A stretch of 64,000 nucleotides of DNA from Myxococcota bacterium (GTDB taxonomy: Bacteria > Myxococcota_A > UBA796 > JAJRTE01 > JBJTQF01): contig JBJTQF010000024.1 of the NCBI GenBank assembly GCA_046075485.1, forward strand, positions 2,197-66,196, read 5' to 3'. A program made the position numbers and the translations under genes. The notes beneath the pieces were generated by a model that saw only the letters and a list, made by a program, of their open reading frames with translations, was not told the DNA's origin and did no database searches. Below, in pieces: positions 12,764-22,600 of this stretch (positions within the stretch are counted from its first letter, which is position 1; each line of letters opens with the position of its first letter).

Positions 12764-12766
12764 TGG
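12706..12766. repeat. 15-bp tandem repeat GACATTGACTGTGCT. There are 2 perfect copies, 1 degenerate copy and 1 partial copy at the 5' end of the PSCyt1 lipoprotein gene. The unit is in frame (MSAQS), and each unit carries an ATG.
   Basis: Direct read of 12714-12766: gaccctgattgtcct gacattgactgtgct gacattgactgtgct gacattgg. Confidence 0.9.
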
Positions 12767-13029
12767 CTTCCTCTCAAGCGGGTGTGATCCACTTCTGTGC
12801 GTCTCTTGAACCTGCGCATGCCGCCGCTTTGCATCACATGCACTTCGCAGAATAGGTCATCGGGTGCGGATCGTCAAGAAAAATACCTGTGTGAAATCAA
12901 GGATTTATAACGTTTGGCGGGCTGTTTGTCGGCAAAAATGGCAGGTATCTTAGGCTAGATTCTTCCTATCTATTTTACATTGTTCAACGAGATGTCGTCT
13001 CCTCCCTAACCGCTGTTCCTTCCCCCCAC

Positions 13030-13536
13030 TCACCACGTCGGCACAAAATACCAGACGCTTCCCCTCAACAGCTCCTCCAGCACCGGCCTCAAACTCCCCC
13101 GCGTCATCGCTCCCCCCAGCCGCGTCACCCTCGCAAAACGCACCTGCTGGTGATGCAGTCGCTCCCGCGTGAGCGGCTCCGCTTCCCCCTCCGACACCCC
13201 CCGGAGCACCTGCTCCAGCACCTCCTCCCCCGCCCACGCCTCCAGCATGGCCAGATCGGCTAAAAACCAGCTCGTCGGCCCCAAGCCGTTGTTCAAACAG
13301 TCCAGCAGCCCACGCTCGTCCGCCTCCAACGTCGGGGCATGGCCCACGCCCAGCCGAAAGATCACCCAGCCGTGAGCGCCATGCCACACGCCATGAAAGA
13401 GACTGCCTTCAAGGGTGTGTGGCGCTCGAGTACGAAAATGAAAGACATGAAGCTCTCCCACCTCTCCCGGGGTGCCCTCATCCCAGCGTGCTCGTACTTC
13501 AACTCGATCTCCTCCTCCCAGGGACAGCTCCCGGGG
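13030..13536 (-). CDS. Hypothetical. It is either a continuation of the upstream ORF across an in-frame TGA at 13535-13537 or a separate gene. No credible RBS or start of its own is visible.
   Basis: Reverse-strand reading gives ...RVASPTRVEG-TGA-PRELSLGGGDRVEVRARWDEGTPGEVGELHVFHF... in one frame. The first start the track finds is a GTG with an abutting GGGAGAG and no spacer. Confidence 0.25.
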   Translation of the reverse strand, partial: PRELSLGGGDRVEVRARWDEGTPGEVGELHVFHFRTRAPHTLEGSLFHGVWHGAHGWVIFRLGVGHAPTLEADERGLLDCLNNGLGPTSWFLADLAMLEAWAGEEVLEQVLRGVSEGEAEPLTRERLHHQQVRFARVTRLGGAMTRGSLRPVLEELLRGSVWYFVPTW

Positions 13537-14049
13537 TCAGCCCTCCACCCGCGTCGGAGAGGCCACTCGCACACGAAATCCCCCCGGAAAATGCTGGGCC
13601 GACCACAATAACAAGGTCTCCGCTCTCAGCTCGGCAGGCAGCGCGAGCGAGGCAGGTAGCTGAAAGTGCATCAGATAGGTATGCTCCACGCCCGCCCGTA
13701 GTGCGGTCGCGCTCAGAGAAGGCTGTTCCACGTCCAAGGTGCTGAGCAAGTCTGGCAAGCGTTTTATGGCTCGATCAAACGCATCATCAACCGCTGGATC
13801 TGAGCTGGCAAGCCGAGGCAGGGACTGCGCTTGATGCGCCTGCTGCACCTCCTCCAGCACCCGCTGCACACTCGGCTGCTCCAGCGCACGAATCGGGAGC
13901 GTGCCCACCGTCTGCCGCAGCCACGTTAAGCTGCTCCGGGCCAAACGGGGCCCCAAGGTCCTGCTGCCTGGACACTCATTCGGAAGCACCTCCGAGGGCG
14001 AGGGATGCGCAGAGACCCCCTCCACTCCCACCAGGAAGATCAGGATCAT
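13537..14049 (-). CDS. Hypothetical protein (hydrophobic N-terminus MILIFLVGVEGVSAHP). It is in the same frame as the next ORF downstream and separated from it only by a TGA.
   Basis: The ATG at 14049 lies immediately 3' of a 4 x 18-bp tandem repeat. The product looks protein-like, with no recognisable domain. Confidence 0.35.
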   Translation of the reverse strand: MILIFLVGVEGVSAHPSPSEVLPNECPGSRTLGPRLARSSLTWLRQTVGTLPIRALEQPSVQRVLEEVQQAHQAQSLPRLASSDPAVDDAFDRAIKRLPDLLSTLDVEQPSLSATALRAGVEHTYLMHFQLPASLALPAELRAETLLLWSAQHFPGGFRVRVASPTRVEG

Positions 14050-14118
14050 CCAGTGTCGTAGTTACATCCAGTGTCGTAGGTACATCCAGTATCGTAGGTA
14101 CATCCAGTGTCGTAGGTA
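14047..14118. repeat. 18-bp tandem repeat CATCCAGTGTCGTAGGTA x4 (one T/G and one A/G variant). It begins exactly at the start codon of the 13537..14049 gene and extends upstream.
   Basis: Direct read: catccagtgtcgtagtta catccagtgtcgtaggta catccagtatcgtaggta catccagtgtcgtaggta. Confidence 0.9.
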
Positions 14119-14307
14119 CATTGGAAACTCATCGGGCTGAGGGCTCAAGCAAAGACATGTGTCACGCGAAAAATACGAAAAATGAAGCCATATCAGATAT
14201 ATAAGGCGGAAAGGGATGCACGCGGAGAGAGCAAATCCAGTCACACGGGATGACGGACGGCAGGATGACAACACAGAAGGGCGCGAAAAACGCCGCACAC
14301 ACTCCGC

Positions 14308-14346
14308 AACGGGTTACTCCAACGGGTTACTCCAACGGGTTACTCC
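14308..14346. repeat. 13-bp tandem repeat AACGGGTTACTCC x3, abutting the stop codon of the 14340..14840 gene
   Basis: Direct read: aacgggttactcc aacgggttactcc aacgggttactcc. Confidence 0.9.
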
Positions 14347-14840
14347 AGCCCTCGGGAGCGCCACAACTCACTGTGAACCAGAAACTCAAAGGTCAGGATC
14401 GGCCCCAGATAACCCACCACGCCCAGGGCGATATCATAGGGCAAGCCCGTATACAACACCGGCAGACGATTGGACTGCCACGCTTCCAGCGCCCGTAGGC
14501 CCAGCGCGCCCACCAAAACCGGCACCGCTCCCACAAGCGCCTGCGATAAGGGCCAGCGCGAACGTTTCCACAACCACCGATAGGTCGTGGCCACCATCAC
14601 CAACAGCCACGCACTCAGGAGCTGAATGCCCAGATTGAGCGGGAGCGGATTGTTCGGATCCGACCACTGCTCCGGGCTGTACACCAGGGCTCTTGCCACC
14701 ACCAGCTCCACAAAAACCATCAGGCCCGAGACCACCGCCAGACGCGCCGTGCGCCCAGGCCGATCCATCAGCACCGTTAAGGTCGTCAGCAGTGCCAGCA
14801 CCCCCACCGCCAATGGGATGTATGTCAGAAGCTGATCCAA
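14340..14840 (-). CDS. Small integral membrane protein of unknown function (4-5 TM)
   Basis: A 166-aa ORF with strongly hydrophobic segments (LAVGVLALLTTLTVL, VVSGLMVFVELVVA, LLSAWLLVMVATT, VGAVPVLVGALGL). No recognisable domain. Confidence 0.4.
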   Translation of the reverse strand: MDQLLTYIPLAVGVLALLTTLTVLMDRPGRTARLAVVSGLMVFVELVVARALVYSPEQWSDPNNPLPLNLGIQLLSAWLLVMVATTYRWLWKRSRWPLSQALVGAVPVLVGALGLRALEAWQSNRLPVLYTGLPYDIALGVVGYLGPILTFEFLVHSELWRSRGLE

Positions 14841-14848
14841 GCCACGCC

Positions 14849-16108
14849 TCAGCTATTGTCTGGAGTGTGAAAGTCCGTGCGCACCACCCCCGCCCCCACC
14901 GGAGGCAGCCCCCGCACCTGTCGATACTGCTCGAGCGCCGCCCGCAAAACCGCCACGGCCCGGCTCAGCTCCGCCGCTTCCAAAACATAGGCAATACGCA
15001 CTTCGCTCATGCCCAAGCCTTCGCTGGCGTAAAATCCCGGTGCCGGAGCCACCATCACCGTCGCCCCGTCGAACGAAAATTGCTCGAGCAGCCAGCGGGC
15101 GAAGTCTTCGGAGTCGTCCACGGGCAGGCGCGCGATAAAATAAAAAGCCCCCTCCGGCTGCTGCAAGAACACCCCAGGAATCTCCCGCAGGCCCGCGTAG
15201 AGCAGATCCCGGCGATGCTGATATTCCGTCACCACCGATTGCGTATAACGCTCGTCCAGCTCCGTGGCACCCAGGGCGACAAGCTGCGCCAACCCCGGCG
15301 GGGAGAGCCGACCCTGCGCCAGCCGCATCACCACCGAATAGACCTCGGCATTTCGTGTCACCAGCGCGCCCAAACGAATGCCACAAGCACTGTAACGCTT
15401 CGAGAGGCTGTCCACCACAATCACATGCTCGTCCATCTCCGGGAGGGTCAAGGCGCTGACCAGCTCACGGCCATCATACACAAACTCGCGGTACACTTCG
15501 TCAGAGATCAAAAACAGCCCATGCGTTTTACAAAAGGCCGCCACCCGCTCCAGCTCGTCACGCCGATAGACCGTGCCCGTTGGGTTGTTAGGATTACACA
15601 ATAGAACCGCTCGCGTGTGCGGGGTCAAGGCCGCTTCAAACTGCGCCTGTGGCGGCAGATGAAATCCGTCTTCTCCTCGGCTGAGCAGGGGCACCAGCTT
15701 CACACCCGCCACGGTCGCAAAAGCGCGATAGTTGGTGTAAAACGGCTCCACCACCAAAATTTCGTCGCCCGGATTGGTACAGGCAAAAAAAGCAAACTGG
15801 ACCGCTTCACTGCCGCCAGTGGTGGCCACAAGCTGATTCAGATGTAAAACAATGCCCAGACGTCGATAATACTCCACCAACGAGCCCAGATACTCCGGGG
15901 TGCCACCGGATGGAGAATAGGCCAGCACCTTGTCCTTTAACGAGGCCAGCCGCCGACGCATCGGCTCGGGGGTCTCCAGGTCAGGCTGACCAATGTTGAG
16001 GTGGATCACATGGGTGCCTCGGCGCTTGGCTTCATCTGCAAGCGGGGCCAGCTTCCGAATGGGTGAGGCCGGCATTTGCCGTCCACGAAGGGATACTTCC
16101 GGGGTCAT
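14849..16108 (-). CDS. PLP-dependent aminotransferase, class I/II (aspartate/aromatic aminotransferase family)
   Basis: The ATG at 16108 follows a CAGGAGA RBS at 5-6 nt. Motifs include PIRKL, NIGQPD, NPNNPTG and SLSKRYSACGIRLG (the PLP-lysine region). The track's longer ORF adds 35 implausible N-terminal codons. Confidence 0.8.
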   Translation of the reverse strand: MTPEVSLRGRQMPASPIRKLAPLADEAKRRGTHVIHLNIGQPDLETPEPMRRRLASLKDKVLAYSPSGGTPEYLGSLVEYYRRLGIVLHLNQLVATTGGSEAVQFAFFACTNPGDEILVVEPFYTNYRAFATVAGVKLVPLLSRGEDGFHLPPQAQFEAALTPHTRAVLLCNPNNPTGTVYRRDELERVAAFCKTHGLFLISDEVYREFVYDGRELVSALTLPEMDEHVIVVDSLSKRYSACGIRLGALVTRNAEVYSVVMRLAQGRLSPPGLAQLVALGATELDERYTQSVVTEYQHRRDLLYAGLREIPGVFLQQPEGAFYFIARLPVDDSEDFARWLLEQFSFDGATVMVAPAPGFYASEGLGMSEVRIAYVLEAAELSRAVAVLRAALEQYRQVRGLPPVGAGVVRTDFHTPDNS

Positions 16109-16262
16109 CAACGTCTCCTGAGCGGGTAACGCTTCACGCGAGGGCCTGATGAGGATAATCAGTGCTTCGCTTGCCGAGCTTTCTAAGGTAAATGAAACTA
16201 CATCTTCTAGCATCTCTTGGTTCAGCTTTCAAGGACGGTGCTTGGGCCGTTGAGGGAGGCTC

Positions 16263-17948
16263 GTGATGAATTTTTCGGCATGGGTGATGGGGCTGGAGCG
16301 GGCCCATCGACTGGACAATGCACGCCTGCGCATTCTGATCTTCCTGCGCTGGTACGCGCTCGCGGGGGTGAGTCTGGTGCTGCTGCTGGCGTGGTGGCTG
16401 GAGTTTCAAGGGCTGGCCTGGACGCCGCTGCTGATCTCTGTGGGGCTGGGCATCACCTATAATGTGATGCTCTCCAGTCTTCCGGTGGTGCCCAATCCCG
16501 ACAGCTTTCAGTCGATCTATTATCTCCAGCTCGTGCTCGATATCTCGGCTCTGTCTGGGCTGTTGTGGGCCAGTGGAGGGGTCTCAAATCCCTTCTCCAA
16601 CCTGTTTTTGCTGCATGTGGTGGTGGCGGCGCTGATCGGATCTCGGGCCTCCGTCCTGCTGGCGGGAGGGCTGGCGTCAGGCGCGGCGGTGCTCCTGCAT
16701 GTGCTGGCCAAACAAAACCTGCTGCTCGGTGCGTTTGAGCCTCCGCCCATTCTCGCGGATTCGGTGCATCTGCTGGCCCTGCTGGTGGATGCGGTGTCGA
16801 TTTCTGCGGTCGTTGGGGCGCTCTCAGCCCGATTTCAGGCGCGTGAGGCCCGCTTGAGTGAAGCACGCACGGCGGTGAGGCTGCGCGAAGCGGTGCTGGA
16901 TCGGGTGGTCAGTGGGCTCTCGGTGGCGGTGGAGGTGGTGCGAAATGGGGAGGTGATCTGGCAAAATGCGGCCATGAACCGGATCCGCTCGCGTCAAGTC
17001 GGGGAGGTGTGGGTGTGCCCCGGCGCTCAGCAGAGCTGCAATCGGGCGCTCGAGGACAGCGCAGGCCACTGCATCATGCCGGAGCAGGACAATCATCACG
17101 CCTGTCTGGTCAAGGTGCATCTGGATGAAGAAGACCGCGTTTACCGGAAGTTTACCTGGCGGGTCTCCGAACAAGCCCTCGCCGAGACCGTCCACCTGTA
17201 CGTCGATGAGACCAGTCGGCTGGCAGAAGAAGAACGGCTCCGGCTCACGGAGCGGTTGGCGTCGTTGGGCCGGATGGCACAAGGGCTGGCCCATGAGCTC
17301 AACACCCCCCTCTCGACGGTGCGGACTCTGACGCGGGATGCGGTGGAGGCGCTGAGGGCCTCGGCGGAAGTGCCGTCCGCCTTACGGGAGGATCTCAACG
17401 AGTCCCTTCAGATTTCGCTGAGGGAGCTGGAACGCTGCGGACGCATCACTCGAGGGCTGCTCCAGGGGCGAGATCTGAGCGGTGCCGCACTTCCAGAGGT
17501 GCAGGAGCTCAAGCCGCTGATCCAAAATGCGGTCATGCTGGTCAGTGTAGGCTCTCGGCGGCAGCATCTCTTTGAGGTGCCGGAGGTCTCCGCACGCGCT
17601 TATGTGGACGCGGATGGGCTGGTGCAAGTGCTGGTCAACCTGCTGAGTAATGCCGTGGATGCCTCTCCGCCCGGCTCCAGCATCTCCCTCCGGGTGGAAG
17701 AAGAAGCCGAAGAAGTGCGGGTCTTGGTGATGGATGAAGGCTCGGGGCTCAGCCCTCAGATTCGGCGACGGCTCTTTGAGCCCTTTGCGACGACCAAACC
17801 CCCGGGGCAAGGCACGGGTCTGGGGCTGTATCTGGCGCGGCAGCTCCTGCTCTCGTTCGGAGCGACCTTGACCCTCGAAAACCGCGAGACGGGAGGGGCC
17901 ACCGCGCTGCTGGTGCTGCGTCGTCAGTCTCCTGAGCTGCCGGTATGA
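16263..17948 (+). CDS. Membrane sensor histidine kinase (NtrB/AtoS-like HisKA + HATPase) with a Cys/His-rich segment. No adjacent response regulator.
   Basis: There are 5-6 N-terminal TM helices. The H-box is LAHELNTPLS. The N, G1 and G2 boxes are LLSNAVDAS, MDEGSGL and GTGLGLYLA. The linker contains CPGAQQSCNRALEDSAGHC...HHAC. Confidence 0.8.
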   Translation: MMNFSAWVMGLERAHRLDNARLRILIFLRWYALAGVSLVLLLAWWLEFQGLAWTPLLISVGLGITYNVMLSSLPVVPNPDSFQSIYYLQLVLDISALSGLLWASGGVSNPFSNLFLLHVVVAALIGSRASVLLAGGLASGAAVLLHVLAKQNLLLGAFEPPPILADSVHLLALLVDAVSISAVVGALSARFQAREARLSEARTAVRLREAVLDRVVSGLSVAVEVVRNGEVIWQNAAMNRIRSRQVGEVWVCPGAQQSCNRALEDSAGHCIMPEQDNHHACLVKVHLDEEDRVYRKFTWRVSEQALAETVHLYVDETSRLAEEERLRLTERLASLGRMAQGLAHELNTPLSTVRTLTRDAVEALRASAEVPSALREDLNESLQISLRELERCGRITRGLLQGRDLSGAALPEVQELKPLIQNAVMLVSVGSRRQHLFEVPEVSARAYVDADGLVQVLVNLLSNAVDASPPGSSISLRVEEEAEEVRVLVMDEGSGLSPQIRRRLFEPFATTKPPGQGTGLGLYLARQLLLSFGATLTLENRETGGATALLVLRRQSPELPV

Positions 17949-18083
17949 GCACCACACGCAAATTTCGCGGAGAAACCTTGATTCAGCGCACCTGATTCGT
18001 TACATACTCCCTGCTTCGAGCGGCGCGCGTGCGAGGCGCTGATATAACGATACCCTTTATTGTCAAGTTTGACAGGTTGAGAT

Positions 18084-19451
18084 ATGACGCCCATTTTGTC
18101 CCACCAGCGGCTGCAAAGGTGGTGCTTCCACAGCCGTTTTGTGTGGCTGCTACCACTCCTGCTCTGTCACGGGCTGATGGCACAGCCGCGCAGCTTGGAA
18201 CGCCAGCTCGATCCGCTGGTGGTGTCTGGTGCGATGTTGCCGTCGCTCCTGGAGACCCCCCTCGAAAAACTGGGCTGCTTTCGTGCCAAAACCTCCCTGG
18301 ATGGCACGCTGGAGCCGATCCCCTGCCAGGTGGATGAGCGCACGGCCCGGGGCGCGTATGTGCTTCCGTTTGGACCGGACTCAAACCCGGAAGACTCTGA
18401 TCTTAAGCTCTCCGCTCGAGATGAGCTGGTGTTTGTGGCCAGTGACGCAGGCGGAAAGGTGGAGCAACCCCGCTGGCCCGCCGGTCTGGTGCAAGGATTG
18501 GAGCTGGAGCTGAGGGATCCGCTGGATGGCGCGCTCGCCTGGGTGTATCTCGGCGCTTTTGAAGGGCCTGCACCATGCTCAAGTGTGGATTATGTCCGCT
18601 ATATTCCTGGCTCGGAGGTGGTGGACGCCAGCACGTATCAGCTTCGTTTCTCGAAAGAAGCGCCCATCGTCTTTGATCACCTGTCGATCAAAACCGGCGC
18701 AGGTGGGGAGGGGTCCAATCCGGTGGATCGCATGAAGATCCGGCTCGATGCGAAAGTGTGGGGCACCATCTCCATCCAAAAAACCGAGGCGGATTATACC
18801 AGTGAGGTGATCGGCTACCTGGATGGTCCGGTGAGGGTGCTCCGACGCACGCGGAATCGCCTGATCATCTGGTGGAAGATCCCCTCACCCTCTGCCATCC
18901 AAGACAACTATTTTTATGGCACCCACTTTGAGTTCCCGATCTCGGTGACACTCCCGATGGATCTGGATGCCTTCTTGAGTGAAGCCACCCTGCGGATCTC
19001 GGTGGATCTCAAAGGCAACCCTCGGCGCGTGTTTTTTAACGAGCATAACCCGGAGCCGGTGGCCATCGATGGACGCTGGACCGCCGCTGAAGCCAAGCTG
19101 GATCTCCAGCCTTATACGTGGTCGGTGCTGCACGGCACCCGCGCCAATGACTCGGCGGGCTGGTTCAATCGGCTGAGCATCGGTGCGAATACGCCCATTG
19201 ATCCGTACTTGTACTACCGGGATAATGTGCAGCAGCCAGACGCGCCCGAAGGCACACCCGGACAAGTCGGCGATCTGGGCTATGAAGTGCGGAATCTAAA
19301 GGGGCTCACCAAAGGCACGCATTATCTGACCAGTGTGCTCTACCACATGCCGAAATATTCTCCAGAGCTGGTAAGGCGTTATCTGTCGATCCGTCATCAT
19401 CCGCTGCAAGTGCGCGTGCCACGGGTGTTGCCCTCCACGGGCACGCCCTGA
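18084..19451 (+). CDS. Secreted hypothetical protein (455 aa) with a signal peptide
   Basis: The N-terminus RFVWLLPLLLCHGLMAQP looks like a signal peptide. The product is globular-looking, with no recognisable motif. Confidence 0.45.
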   Translation: MTPILSHQRLQRWCFHSRFVWLLPLLLCHGLMAQPRSLERQLDPLVVSGAMLPSLLETPLEKLGCFRAKTSLDGTLEPIPCQVDERTARGAYVLPFGPDSNPEDSDLKLSARDELVFVASDAGGKVEQPRWPAGLVQGLELELRDPLDGALAWVYLGAFEGPAPCSSVDYVRYIPGSEVVDASTYQLRFSKEAPIVFDHLSIKTGAGGEGSNPVDRMKIRLDAKVWGTISIQKTEADYTSEVIGYLDGPVRVLRRTRNRLIIWWKIPSPSAIQDNYFYGTHFEFPISVTLPMDLDAFLSEATLRISVDLKGNPRRVFFNEHNPEPVAIDGRWTAAEAKLDLQPYTWSVLHGTRANDSAGWFNRLSIGANTPIDPYLYYRDNVQQPDAPEGTPGQVGDLGYEVRNLKGLTKGTHYLTSVLYHMPKYSPELVRRYLSIRHHPLQVRVPRVLPSTGTP

Positions 19452-19609
19452 GCCTGGATTTTAAGCCCTGAGCCCTCAGCCGGTTGTGATTAGATCCAAG
19501 CCCCTGCCCCTAAACCCGCGTCAAGATTCAAAGTCCCTCAAGTTAACCCTGCGTCCTGCCGATCTCATGATGATCGTTCGTGTTCCCTCTTCATCATCAG
19601 GAGATCATT

Positions 19610-22600
19610 ATGAGAGGGTCTCATACTCATTATCATATATGGAAATTCCCGTCGATCTTAGCGATCAGCGGCCTTCTGACCGCCTGCGGAGACACGCAGA
19701 TTGACGTGGTGCGTGTACCCCTCAAGGCGGAAATCAACACCCCCATCTCGGGTCAAGACTACTATCAAGGCCAAGTGGTGGAGGTGGTAGGCCGCATCGC
19801 CGATCCCAATCCAGGCGGCAACAGCACCCTCGAGGAAGTCACCGTCACAGCGACCCTCGGGACCGTGGCCGTCACCGGTCATCCCGAGGCCGATGGATCG
19901 GTGCGGCTGAGCCTGCCCACCCAAGACCTCGTGGACGGTGACTACGTGGTGAGCCTCTCGGGCACCCGTGCGTACAACGACACGGATACCAAAGCGGCGA
20001 TGGCGTCCATCGACTTGTTGCCCAACGTGGCGCCTGACGTCAGCCTGATCAGCCCCAGCGCCGACACCCACGTCTACGCGGAGCGGGAGACCGAGCTGGA
20101 CTTCAGGGTCAGCGATGTCGAGACCCCCTTCAACACCTGGAGCCTCAACCTCTGGGTGGATGGAGTGCTTCAAGAGGTCGAACCCGCCGTGATCCCCGAG
20201 ACCTCGGACTACGATGCTCGAGTCACCATCCCCTTCCAGTTTGTGGAAGGTCGGCAGGAGCTGGCCCTCGAGGTCATCGACGGGTACGGCAAGCAGGTGA
20301 TCCTCCGGGATTGGCTCGACGTGGGGCCCGCAAACACCCCGCCGAACCCTTGCCAGATCTTGGCACCCAGCTCAGAGATGGTGCTTCAGGCCAACAATGA
20401 GGTGCTGCTCGAGGCCCTGGTGCAGGATGCCGATCAGCCAGCCAATACCCTGACGTTCACCTGGACGATTGGGCAGACCGTAGTGGCCAGCGGCTCCCCT
20501 TCGGCGTCCGGTTATGTGGCCACCGAGCTGCCCGACGGCTTGCCGCCTGGATCGGTCTTGCTCTCGCTGACCGCTCAGGATGAGCTGGGGTCACTCTGTG
20601 AAGATCGGCGCACCCTGAACGTGCTGCCGCCCAACTCCGCGCCCGAGGTGGAGATCACCTATCCGTCCTCCGACTTGGGAGATGGTGCGGTGGTGACGGA
20701 GGAGGATACCCTCCTGCTCAACGTGGTGGTGCGGGATCAGCAGGATACCTCGCCGCTGGCCACGTTCTTGAGCCTCGGGGGAGGGGTGCCCCTCGACGAT
20801 GCAGCCTGTGCGCTGATGAGCTCCGCGATCAGTCCGCAGGGGCTTTATGCCTACGAGTATCGCTGCTCGGTGGTGGCTTCTCGTCTGCCGGTGGGGGATG
20901 CCTTCTCGATTTATGCTTATGGCACGGACGCTCAAGGACTGACCGCCTATGATCGGGTGCTCATCCAAGTGCGTCCGTGTGTGGATGCCGATGGGGATGG
21001 ATACTCAAGCTGCCGCGAGCCGGGCTGCGACGACGATCCCAAGGTCAATCCGGGTCAAGCAGAGATCTGCGATGGGCTGGACAATGACTGCGACAACCAG
21101 ATCGACAAAGGTGCCATCGATGCCCCCACTTGGTATCGGGACTACGACCAAGATGGATTTGGCAACAGTGCTCAAGGGGTGCGTTCGTGTACTCCCATCA
21201 GCGGTTACACCCTCGAAGGAGGCGACTGCAACGATCAGAGCACCCAAATTCATCCGGCTGCGCAGGAAGTGTGTGGCGACCGCATTGACAACAACTGCAA
21301 CGGGGTCATCGATGAGGCCATCGACGCCGATGGAGACGGCTTTATCGCCTGCAACCAAGACTGCGATGATACCGACCCGAGCCGCTTCCCCGGCAATGTG
21401 GAGCTGTGTGACGGCAAAGACAACAACTGCGACGGGGCCATCCCCGACAACGAACGAGACAACGACAAAGACGGGTCTCCCGCATGCGCGGAGGCGTGTG
21501 ATGACGATGCCAGTGCTTATCCCGGTCATCCCGAGCTCTGCAATGGCAAGGATGATGACTGCGATGGGCAATTGCCTCCCGATGAACTGGACAGCGACCG
21601 AGACGGTGCGCTCAACTGTCAGGAGCCCGCATGCGCGGACGACCCGAGCAAAAAGCCGGACGCGCTCGAGGTCTGCGACGGACGAGACAACGACTGCGAT
21701 GGGGTGGCCGATGATGGACTGGATCGCGACAACGATGGCTTTGTACCCTGCATTGTCAACAACCAACCCGGAGACTGCAACGATGCCGATGCCTCCATCT
21801 ACCCTGGAGCGACCGAAAAGTGCGACGGGGTGGATTCAAACTGTGACGGGGTGGTGGACACCGATCCCAGCTACGACCAAGATCGAGATGGGGTGCCGGT
21901 CTGCCTCAACGACTGTAACGACAAGGACGTGACGGTCAAACCCGGACTCACCGAGAGCTTCGACGGCAAGGACAACAACTGCGACGGGGAGCGCGACAAC
22001 GTGCTCATCGAAGTGGCCTACGACGCTGCCTTTGTGGGTGAAGGTCAACGACAGTTTGCAGGGGGAGCGGTGGCCGGCATCGGTGACGTCAACCGAGATG
22101 GCTTCCTCGACTATGCCATCGGTGTCCCTCGTTTTGGCACGGTCTATCAGCAGTCGTCCAAGGGCACCACCGGCAACGGACGGGTCTACATCTTCCTCGG
22201 CGACGGGAAAAAAGTCCCCAGCACCAGTGACTTGAAGTCCGCTTCGGTGTACCTCACCGGGGAGCTGCAAGAAGATGAGCTGGGCGCCTCCATCGTCGGC
22301 TTGGGTGACATCAACGGAGACGGAAGTGCCGACTTTGCGGTGGGTGCGCGCTACAACCGCGACATCTTTACCCCCAACGAGGCAATGACCGGTGCCGTTT
22401 ATGTGGTCTACGGGTGCGACAGCAAGACGGACGTAAGCTGCTTTAAGCCGGTGAGTGTGAATGCCAGCAGCGGCACCACAAGGCCCGATCCCAAAGAGCT
22501 GGTGACCTCCCGCTACTCGAAGCTCCAGGGCGAACAAGCCTCGGGGTTGGCGGGTTCGGCGCTGGCACCGGCAGGAGACGTCAACGGGGATGGGCTCAAA

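Noticed and set aside
13535-13537. An in-frame TGA considered as a selenocysteine codon
   Set aside because: No SECIS-like stem-loop is evident in the 40-60 nt downstream, and the protein has no known selenoprotein family features. A pseudogene, a sequencing error or two genes are more parsimonious. It is kept only as a low-interest finding.
12706-14346. The tandem repeat tracts considered as possible CRISPR arrays
   Set aside because: Units are only 13-18 bp, are directly abutting with no unique spacers, and have no cas genes nearby. They are simple tandem repeats, not CRISPR.
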